Of a DNA stretch of 64,000 bases, positions 57,304 through 64,000 are shown in pieces (the first letter of the stretch is position 1; every line of letters starts with the position of its first letter). The position numbers and the translations under genes were made by a program. The stretch is from the NCBI GenBank assembly GCA_035702425.1, contig DASSQQ010000087.1, positions 12,143 to 76,142 on the forward strand, read 5' to 3'. Under the pieces are notes generated by a model. The model was not told the origin of the DNA and made no database searches. It saw nothing but the letters and a program-made list of their open reading frames with translations. This stretch comes from Gemmatimonadales bacterium. Its GTDB lineage: Bacteria > Gemmatimonadota > Gemmatimonadetes > Gemmatimonadales > GWC2-71-9.

Positions 57304-57355
57304 TACATTCTCCTTCGCGCGCGGGCTGGAGCCCGCGCAGCCCGAAACCTACCAC

Positions 57356-59074
57356 GTGGCCCGCCCGCGAGCCAAGACGGAGGCGCCGCACACGGACGGT
57401 CAACTCTCGCAGGCGACGCGCACTGCCGCGCTCGATTCGCTGGCGCGCGATCCGGTGGATCTCCTGGTGATCGGCGGCGGCATCACCGGGGCCGCCGTCG
57501 CGCGCGACGCCGCGCTCCGCGGGATCCGGACCGCGCTCGTGGACAAGGGAGACTTCGCCGGCGCCACCAGCTCGCATTCCTCCCGCCTGATTCACGGAGG
57601 ACTGCGCTACCTCGAGCACGCCGACTTCGGCCTGGTGTTCGAGGCGAGCCGCGAGCGGCGCACCCTGCTCCGCATCGCGCCGCATCTGGTCCGCCCGCTC
57701 CCGTTCCTCTTCCCCGCCTATCGCGGCGCCCGGGTGCCCGCGTGGCAGATTCACGCCGCGCTCTGGCTCTACGACGCGCTCTCGGTGTTCCGGAACGTGC
57801 ACGCGCACCGCTGGTTCGGGCGGCGGCACACGCTGCGCGAAGAACCGAACCTGCGGGAGCGCGGGCTGCGCGGGGCCGGGCTCTACTACGACGCCCAGAC
57901 CGACGACGCCCGGCTCGCCATCGCCACCATTCGGAGCGCCGCGCAGGCGGGCGCGCTGGTGGCGAACTACGCCACGGCGACCGCGCTGCTGAAGCCCGAC
58001 GGCCGGGTGCGCGGCGCCACCGTACGGGACGAGCTTTCCGGCCGCACCTTGCACGCGCAGGCGCTCACCGTGGTGAACGCCGCCGGGCCTTGGGTGGACG
58101 ACATCCGGGGACGGGACGAGAAGGGCGCGGCGCCGCTGCTCAAGCTGTCGAAGGGCGTGCACGTGATCGTGCCCCGGGCGCGCATCGGAAACGCGCACGC
58201 CGTCACCCTGCTGTCGCCGCTCGACGGCCGGGTGATGTTCGTGCTGCCCTGGGGCGATCTCAGCTACATCGGCACCACCGAGACCGAGGACCCGGTTTCC
58301 CCCGACGCCGTGCGCGCCACGGGCGACGACGTGGTCTACCTCCTGCGCTCGGCCAACTGGTTCTTCCCCCAGGCCCACCTCGCCCCCAAGGACGTGATCG
58401 CGACCTGGGCCGGCCTCCGGCCCCTGCTCGCGCCGCCCCGCGACGTCGCCGCCACCGCCGTGTCGCGCGAGCATCGCGTCGTCGAGAGCGCCAACGGGCT
58501 GATCACCATCGCCGGCGGCAAGCTCACCACCCATCGGGTGATGGGCCGCGACGTGGCGGACCGGGTCGCGGCGCGGCTCGCCGATCTCGACGGCCGGCCG
58601 CGGGCCCCGCGCCCCGCCACCGATCGCCTCCCCCTCCCCGGCGGAGAGACCGCGGACCTCGAGGTGCTGGTGGACGCCGCCCGCGCCCGCGGCGTCTCCG
58701 AGGCCACCGCCCGGCACCTGGTCGGCGCGTATGGCAGCGAGTCCGCCGCGGTGTTGAACCTGGTGGACCGGGATCGCGCGCTGGCCGCGCCGATCGTGGG
58801 GGGGCGGCCCGAGATCTGGGCCGAGGTGACTCAGGCGGTGGAGCGCGAGCTGGCGGTGCGGCTCACCGACGTGCTGATCCGGCGGACCCATCTCTTCTAC
58901 GACGATCCGGGCCGCGCCACGTCCATCGCCGCGGCGGTGGCGCGGCGGATGCGCGAGCTCCTGGGCTGGGACGCGGCGCGCGAGGAGGTGGAGGTGGGCG
59001 GCTATCTCTCCGAGGTGAAACGGTCGCGCGCCTTCCTCAAGGAAGTCCCGCGCGCGAGCCGCGTCATCGAGTGA
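57356..59074 (+). CDS. glpD: FAD-dependent glycerol-3-phosphate dehydrogenase
   Basis: FAD-binding motif DLLVIGGGITGAAVARDAALRG plus HSSRLIHGGLRYLE. GTG 57356 is the first in-frame start beyond the divergent thiolase gene. The track ORF start at 57098 lies antisense inside the thiolase gene. Confidence 0.85.
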   Translation: MARPRAKTEAPHTDGQLSQATRTAALDSLARDPVDLLVIGGGITGAAVARDAALRGIRTALVDKGDFAGATSSHSSRLIHGGLRYLEHADFGLVFEASRERRTLLRIAPHLVRPLPFLFPAYRGARVPAWQIHAALWLYDALSVFRNVHAHRWFGRRHTLREEPNLRERGLRGAGLYYDAQTDDARLAIATIRSAAQAGALVANYATATALLKPDGRVRGATVRDELSGRTLHAQALTVVNAAGPWVDDIRGRDEKGAAPLLKLSKGVHVIVPRARIGNAHAVTLLSPLDGRVMFVLPWGDLSYIGTTETEDPVSPDAVRATGDDVVYLLRSANWFFPQAHLAPKDVIATWAGLRPLLAPPRDVAATAVSREHRVVESANGLITIAGGKLTTHRVMGRDVADRVAARLADLDGRPRAPRPATDRLPLPGGETADLEVLVDAARARGVSEATARHLVGAYGSESAAVLNLVDRDRALAAPIVGGRPEIWAEVTQAVERELAVRLTDVLIRRTHLFYDDPGRATSIAAAVARRMRELLGWDAAREEVEVGGYLSEVKRSRAFLKEVPRASRVIE

Positions 59075-59075
59075 G

Positions 59076-60575
59076 CTAGGGCCGGGTCGGCGGTCGAGGC
59101 GCGCGCAGGTGCACCCGCGCCGCGCGGCGCGGCCCTCCGCCGTCTTCCTGGGGCGCGTTCAGCACCGCGTCTTCCGCCCGCAGGTCGTCGATCTGCGACA
59201 GCGCCCACACCGCGGCGCGGCGCACCTCGCCTGACGGGTCGCCCATCGCGTCCTTCAGCGCGTCGATGGCCTTCACGCTCTGGATCTCTCCCAGCGCCCA
59301 CGCCGCCGCCACCTGCACGTCCCGGGCCGTGTCCTTGAGCGCCGGCGTGATCCACGGCACCGAGTTCACGTCCTGGATCTCGCCCAGCGACCAGGCCGCC
59401 GTCTCGCGCACCCCGGGGTCGGGATCCTTGAGCGCGGCGCCCAGCGCGGGCACCGCCGTGGCGCTCTGGATTTCACCGAGCGCCCAGGCGGCGCTGCGAC
59501 GCACGTCCGCCGCCGGGTCCTTCAGCGCCGCGCCGAGGGAAGTCACCGCGCCGGCCGCCTGGATCTCGCCCAGCGCGTGCGCCGCGAGCGACCGGGTCTC
59601 CGCGTCCGCATCCTTCAGCGCCGGCGTGAGCGCCGACACGCTGGACTGGAGCTGCAGCTGGCCCAGCGCCCATACCGCGTTGGCGCGCACCTCGGGAGCG
59701 GGATCGGAGACGGCCCGCTGGAGCGCTCCCGCGGCCCGCCCGTCGCCCAGCTGTCCCGCGCCCCAGGCGGCCATGGCGCGAACGTCGCTGTCGGCGTCCG
59801 CCAGCGCGGTCCCGATGGCGGGCTCGGCGGTCGAGTCCGACAGTTCGGCGAGCGCCCACACCGCCACCCGCCGCACTCCGGCCGACTGATCCTTTGCCAC
59901 CACTTTCAACGGATCGAGCGCGGCGGGATCCGCGAGATCTCCCAGTCCCAGCGCCGCCTCGCGCCGCACCGCGGCATCCTGGTCCTTCAGCGCGCCGATG
60001 AGCAGGGTGAGCGCGTGCGGGTCCCCCTGCTCGGCGAGACCGAGCGCTCCCGTCGCGCGGATCCCGGCGTCCGGGTCCCGCAGCATTCCCGCGAACAGGT
60101 TGAACGTCGCCTTCGAGCCGTCCTCGGCGAGCGCCCGCGCGGCGATGCGCCGCACGCAGGCGCTCGGCGCGCGCACGAAGCCCGCGTAGGCCGCGAGAAG
60201 CGACGGATCGTTGCGGTCGCTCCGGTCCCAGCGCCACCGGATCCGCGGCATCCGCATCCGCTCGAAGGACGCGCGCATCATCGGCATCGGCATCGGGGTC
60301 GGCATCGGGACCGGCCGCGGCGTCGGCAGGTGGTCGGGGCTGATGCGATAGTTGCCCCAGTTGTTCAGCGCCGCGCCGGCGAGCTCGCAGACCTCGGAGT
60401 CCACGGCGCCGAGCTGGGTGAGGAGCCGCGCCACCGCGGCCGAGTCGAGCCGCGCGTCGCCATCGCGGCGGATCCCGGAGGACTGGGACGCGAGACCCTG
60501 GGCCGCGGGCGAGCAGACGATGACGGCGGCGAGCGTGGCGGCGGCGCTGAGCGCGAAGCGGGGTGCGAGCGGCAT
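59076..60575 (-). CDS. Exported HEAT-repeat (PBS-lyase-type) protein
   Basis: 499-aa ORF with a signal peptide and about 10 tandem ~31-aa units of the form DxxVRxxAAWALGEIQ...AVxxLxxALKD. Confidence 0.75.
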   Translation of the reverse strand: MPLAPRFALSAAATLAAVIVCSPAAQGLASQSSGIRRDGDARLDSAAVARLLTQLGAVDSEVCELAGAALNNWGNYRISPDHLPTPRPVPMPTPMPMPMMRASFERMRMPRIRWRWDRSDRNDPSLLAAYAGFVRAPSACVRRIAARALAEDGSKATFNLFAGMLRDPDAGIRATGALGLAEQGDPHALTLLIGALKDQDAAVRREAALGLGDLADPAALDPLKVVAKDQSAGVRRVAVWALAELSDSTAEPAIGTALADADSDVRAMAAWGAGQLGDGRAAGALQRAVSDPAPEVRANAVWALGQLQLQSSVSALTPALKDADAETRSLAAHALGEIQAAGAVTSLGAALKDPAADVRRSAAWALGEIQSATAVPALGAALKDPDPGVRETAAWSLGEIQDVNSVPWITPALKDTARDVQVAAAWALGEIQSVKAIDALKDAMGDPSGEVRRAAVWALSQIDDLRAEDAVLNAPQEDGGGPRRAARVHLRAPRPPTRP

Positions 60576-60661
60576 GGCGACCTCGGGATGCGGGTGACCG
60601 AAGCGGGCGTACGGAGTTGGATGCCCGGGCCCCGCGAAGGGTTGCGGCGAGAACGCGCCGC

Positions 60662-61438
60662 CTAGAAGACGATCTGCACCCCGGTGGTGAAGACCCGGTC
60701 GGTGCGCTTGAACCCCGGCTCCGGCTGGTGATCGAAGCGCACCGCGTAGGAGGACTTGATCGCCACCTTCTTGGACAGCGGGGCCACGAGGTCGGTCTGG
60801 GAGTTGACCCGCAGGTTGGCCCCGTCGGCGAGGTCCGGCAGGATCTCGAGGGCCTGGCGCGCGAACGCCGACTGGGTGACGAGGTGCTTGTACGCCGCCG
60901 CCGCCCGTCCCGCGGCGAAGTCGCTCCGCTCCCCGCCGGTGCCGCGCTGCTGGTTGAAGGAGATCCCGGTCTCGAACACCAGCGTGTCGGCCGGCTCGGC
61001 GGCCACGAGATAGCCCAGGCCCGACGCCTCTTCGAAGTTCTGCGCGATGCCGGCGAAGCGGTTGCGTTCGAACGATCCCAGCCCGTACGCCGCCATCCGG
61101 GCCGAGAAGTGATAGTCGGCGCGGAGCCCCGCCTTGTACTGATCCGCCGAGGTGACGCCCGCGGTGCTTCCGTAGATCGTGCCCGCCGTCTGCCCGAACA
61201 TCCAGTGCCCGGTCTTCAGGCCCAGGTTCTCCGCGAAGTTGAGCGTGGTGACGTCGGAGTTGCCGCCGGTCGAGAGGAAGCCCAGGTCGAACCCCAGCGA
61301 GACCGTGGTCGGCTGGGCGAACGCGAACGGCAGGGGCGGCGGCGGCGGTGGGGGCGGCTGATCCTGGGCCCGGAGCGGCGCCGCCGCCAGGAGCGTCGCG
61401 AGCGCGGCCGGCGCCCGCCAGGAGCGGCTCAACGCCAC
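60662..61438 (-). CDS. DUF481 family outer-membrane beta-barrel protein
   Basis: 258 aa from GTG 61438 (TTG 61432 is an alternative). Signal peptide ALSRSWRAPAALATLLAAAPLRAQ, a poly-Pro linker, alternating beta-strand pattern and a C-terminal ..TGVQIVF. The start overlaps the upstream stop. Confidence 0.75.
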   Translation of the reverse strand: MALSRSWRAPAALATLLAAAPLRAQDQPPPPPPPPLPFAFAQPTTVSLGFDLGFLSTGGNSDVTTLNFAENLGLKTGHWMFGQTAGTIYGSTAGVTSADQYKAGLRADYHFSARMAAYGLGSFERNRFAGIAQNFEEASGLGYLVAAEPADTLVFETGISFNQQRGTGGERSDFAAGRAAAAYKHLVTQSAFARQALEILPDLADGANLRVNSQTDLVAPLSKKVAIKSSYAVRFDHQPEPGFKRTDRVFTTGVQIVF

Positions 61439-62430
61439 CCCCGGAGCGAGCGCACGAAGTCGTGCAGGACCAGGAATTTCTCGAACACCACCACGCCCTT
61501 TCTCTTGCGTCCGAATTCGGAGAACAACTCCCGCAGCCGTCCCCGGCGCATCACGTAGAACCGGAAGGTCTCCGCGAAATCCTCCTGCGGATGGGTCGCG
61601 GCGTAGGCGCTCACGTAATCCACCAGGGTGGTGGCGACGCGCCGCCGCTCGAAATCCACCCAGTGCTCGTCCGCCACCCGGTACGCCTTGCGCACCTCGC
61701 CGAACGCGCGGCGGAAACGCCCGCTCGTGGTCCAGCTCCAGTGGTGATACAGGAACGAGTGACCCAGCTCGTGCAGGATCAGCCCGGTCAGCATGTTCCA
61801 CGAAATTTCGTCTCGCCGCCGCTTCCCGGTCACGTAGCGCCGGTCGATCTCGATCACCTTCGGCCCGTCGGGGTCGACGCCGGAGACGCCCGGGCGCAGC
61901 AGCACCCGGTAATCCCAGTCCCGGATCTGCGAGACGATGAGCAGGCGCCGCGCGCGCCGCAGCGCCCGGGGAATCAGATCCCGCCCGGTGGCGTCCTCGC
62001 CGCACCAGGGACAGGTGTCCATCCAGTCGTCCACCCCCTTGTCGCAGTGGGGACAGACGTTCTGCAGGTGCTCGTAGCGCCACCCCTGGGGCCGCCCGCA
62101 CCAGGGACAGTAGGCCATCGGATACATCACGCCGCCGCCGCACCCCCAGTCGCAGCGCGCGTGATACTTGAATCCCTTCGGCGCCTTGAGCGGTTCGGGA
62201 CTCGAGTCCTGATCCGCGATGTCCCGGCCGCACCAGGGGCAGAACGAGAAACTGTCGGAGACGATCCACCCGCAGTACCGGCACTCGGCGCCGGTCTCGC
62301 GCTCCCGGTCCCGCCACTCCAGCCGGCGCGCGCAGTTGGCGCAGTACGCCCAGAAGCGCTCCACCTCGGCCTTGCAGGAGGGACAGCGCAGCTCGGGTTT
62401 GGGAAACTCGCGGTGGCGCCGCCGCGTCAT
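61429..62430 (-). CDS. Four-zinc-ribbon protein with C-terminal HExxH putative metallopeptidase-like domain
   Basis: 333-aa ORF with four Cys4 ribbons in the first ~150 aa: CPSC..CANC, CRYC..CPWC, CDWGC..CPWC and CPHC..CPWC. These are followed by LILHELGHSFLYHHW. Confidence 0.7.
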   Translation of the reverse strand: MTRRRHREFPKPELRCPSCKAEVERFWAYCANCARRLEWRDRERETGAECRYCGWIVSDSFSFCPWCGRDIADQDSSPEPLKAPKGFKYHARCDWGCGGGVMYPMAYCPWCGRPQGWRYEHLQNVCPHCDKGVDDWMDTCPWCGEDATGRDLIPRALRRARRLLIVSQIRDWDYRVLLRPGVSGVDPDGPKVIEIDRRYVTGKRRRDEISWNMLTGLILHELGHSFLYHHWSWTTSGRFRRAFGEVRKAYRVADEHWVDFERRRVATTLVDYVSAYAATHPQEDFAETFRFYVMRRGRLRELFSEFGRKRKGVVVFEKFLVLHDFVRSLRGWR

Positions 62431-62437
62431 CCGCGCC

Positions 62438-64000
62438 TCACTTGCCCGCTCTCTTCATGTCCCGTGCCACCGTTCGGAGCGCCACCAGGAGGACCAAACC
62501 GCCCACCAGACCCACCGCGGGCAGGAGCAGCACGGCGGCGCCGATGCCGGCTCGGTCGGAAAGATAGCCGACCAGGGGAGGGGCGATGGCGTCCCCGGCG
62601 AGATGGGAGAACAGCACGAAGGCGCCCAGCACCGAGGCCCGCACCGCCGAGGGCACCACGTCCAGGATCAGCGCCGGCAGAGGGCCGTTGTACCACATAT
62701 AGAAGAAGAAGGTGCCGAAGAGCAGCGGGGCGAAGGTGTGGATGGATCGCACCAGGAGCAGCGCCACGCACACCGGCGCCCCCAGCACGAACCCGCTCCC
62801 CGCGGCGATCACCCGGCCCCCCTTCCAGCGCGCGCTCAGCAGGTCCCCCAGCAGTCCGCCGGCGAGGACGCCGAGCACGCCGCCCGCGAGCGCGAGGATC
62901 GCGAACTGGCGCCCCACCTCCGCGACCGACATGCCGTGCACCCGCTCCATGAACGACGGCGCCCAGACCACGAGGCCGTTCACGGCGAAGGTCACCATCG
63001 CCCCGCCCACGAACACCCACACCAGGGTCGGCGTGGCGAGCACGGTGGCGGCGGCTTCCTGAAAATCCCCCAGCGCCGTCGCGGCGACCTCGGTGGCCTG
63101 GGTGGTGCGCCTCACCGCGAGCGGGATCAGGCGCAGCACCACCCATCCGATGCCGATCACCGCGAAGGTCGCGAAGATCGCGGTCGCGCTCTCGGACACG
63201 CTGCCTTCCGCCAGGATGAGCGCGCCGCTCACCAGCGCGCCGAGCAGGGTGACCGCGACTCCGGGCGCGGCGTAGTGCAGGGCGCTCCTCGCGCCATGCG
63301 AGACCGATCGCAGGAGGGACCCGAGGAGGGGCGCCGGGGCGCGGTGGTGCGGCTCCCGGAGCCGCGACGCGAGCAGGGCGAGGAGAAAGGCGGGGAGCCC
63401 GATGACCACGAACGCCGTGCGCCACCCGTAGCGCAGCGCCAGCTCGCCGCCGGCCCAGATCCCCAGCACTCCGCCGCACGCCATCCCCACCGAGTACACG
63501 CCGATGGCGAGCGCGCGCCGCGGGCCCGGGAAATACTCCGCGATGAGGGCTTGCGCCGCCGGACTGTAGCCCGCCTCGCCCACGCCCACCATCGAGCGGC
63601 AGAGAAAGAGCTGCCAGTAGCGCCGCACCACGCCGCCCAGCGTCGTGAAAGTCCCCCACACCGCCACCGCGAAGCCGATCACGCTGCGGCGCGACTTGAG
63701 GTCGCCCACCACGCCCAGCGGCAGGGCGGCGAACGAGAGCACGATCACATAGGCGGAGCCGAGCCAGCCCAGCTGCTGGTCGGAGAGGGACATCTCGCGC
63801 TTGATGGGCTCGAACAGCGCGTAGACGACGTTGCGGTCGGTCCAGTTGAGCAGATTGATCAGCGTGAGCAGGCCGAGGGCGTAGAGCGCGTATCCGCCCG
63901 GCGCCGCCGGCCGCGACTTCCGGTGGCTCCCCCGCTCAGCTCCGGCGGGCGGCAGTGGCGGCCTCGGCGCGCGCGTCCCGTTCCTTCCGCGCGTCGGTGT
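62438..64000 (-). CDS. MFS transporter (5' end unresolved; frame open to the window edge)
   Basis: About 12 TM helices with the MFS motif GVVGDLKSRR. The homology-like N-terminus (YALYALGLLTLINLLNWTDRN) lies upstream of the first Met at 63793. There is no canonical start and no stop between 63794 and 64000. Confidence 0.8.
   Translation of the reverse strand, partial: TPTRGRNGTRAPRPPLPPAGAERGSHRKSRPAAPGGYALYALGLLTLINLLNWTDRNVVYALFEPIKREMSLSDQQLGWLGSAYVIVLSFAALPLGVVGDLKSRRSVIGFAVAVWGTFTTLGGVVRRYWQLFLCRSMVGVGEAGYSPAAQALIAEYFPGPRRALAIGVYSVGMACGGVLGIWAGGELALRYGWRTAFVVIGLPAFLLALLASRLREPHHRAPAPLLGSLLRSVSHGARSALHYAAPGVAVTLLGALVSGALILAEGSVSESATAIFATFAVIGIGWVVLRLIPLAVRRTTQATEVAATALGDFQEAAATVLATPTLVWVFVGGAMVTFAVNGLVVWAPSFMERVHGMSVAEVGRQFAILALAGGVLGVLAGGLLGDLLSARWKGGRVIAAGSGFVLGAPVCVALLLVRSIHTFAPLLFGTFFFYMWYNGPLPALILDVVPSAVRASVLGAFVLFSHLAGDAIAPPLVGYLSDRAGIGAAVLLLPAVGLVGGLVLLVALRTVARDMKRAGK

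Noticed and set aside
63901-64000. A possible eighth heptamer element (gcgtccc gttcctt ccgcgcg ...) at the window edge upstream of the MFS gene.
   Set aside because: It is truncated by the window end. Only one arm is visible and the periodicity is weak, so it cannot be distinguished from ordinary GC-rich sequence.
1-64000. tRNA, rRNA, tmRNA, riboswitch, IS/transposase, integrase, phage or toxin-antitoxin signatures.
   Set aside because: By eye I saw no T-loop consensus (GGTTCGAATCC-like), no long untranslated structured regions, no transposase, integrase or phage-like ORFs, and no compositional island other than short AT-richer promoter regions. A covariance-model scan would be needed to exclude small RNAs.

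Overview
This is a 64-kb bacterial chromosomal segment with very high GC (about 70% by eye) and tightly packed genes. The gene content suggests a Gemmatimonadota- or Acidobacteria-like soil bacterium, but that is inference only because no search was run. I call 47 protein-coding genes. I found no rRNA, tRNA, CRISPR array, IS element or prophage. Many long ORFs in the track are Arg/Pro/Gly-rich antisense or out-of-frame shadows typical of high-GC DNA, and I rejected them.

Gene content:
- 1-11.4 kb: a DNA-damage block. It holds an imuB - small ORF - dnaE2 mutagenesis cassette with no imuA, lying convergent with an lhr - fpg/nei helicase/glycosylase pair.
- 11.5-64 kb: housekeeping and envelope genes. 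These include ispH, pfk, an MCP, an OmpA/TSP3 protein, an M14 peptidase, an aconitase-family enzyme, lon, a Ser/Thr kinase, a fused MFS/spermidine synthase, a fused E1 alpha/beta, an S41 protease, rsgA, fadJ/fadA-like genes and glpD.

Most interesting observations:
1. A family of roughly 80-nt hairpin or tandem elements built from 7-nt units. Copies differ in unit sequence, but the change appears on both arms. Copies sit in frame inside imuB, dnaE2 and lhr (twice), fill both spacers around the small cassette ORF, and occur once in the lon/kinase intergenic region.
2. The imuA-less cassette carries a 94-aa Trp-rich ORF in the position where an adaptor would be expected.
3. A SelW/Rdx-type selenoprotein gene with an in-frame TGA and a SECIS-like hairpin is missed by the ORF track.
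4. Several well-supported genes have no canonical start codon where the signal peptide or coding signal begins. Two of them show a Shine-Dalgarno motif followed by 5 nt and then ACG.

Functional calls rest on motifs I recognise in the translations. Repeat coordinates are good to about +/-3 nt.
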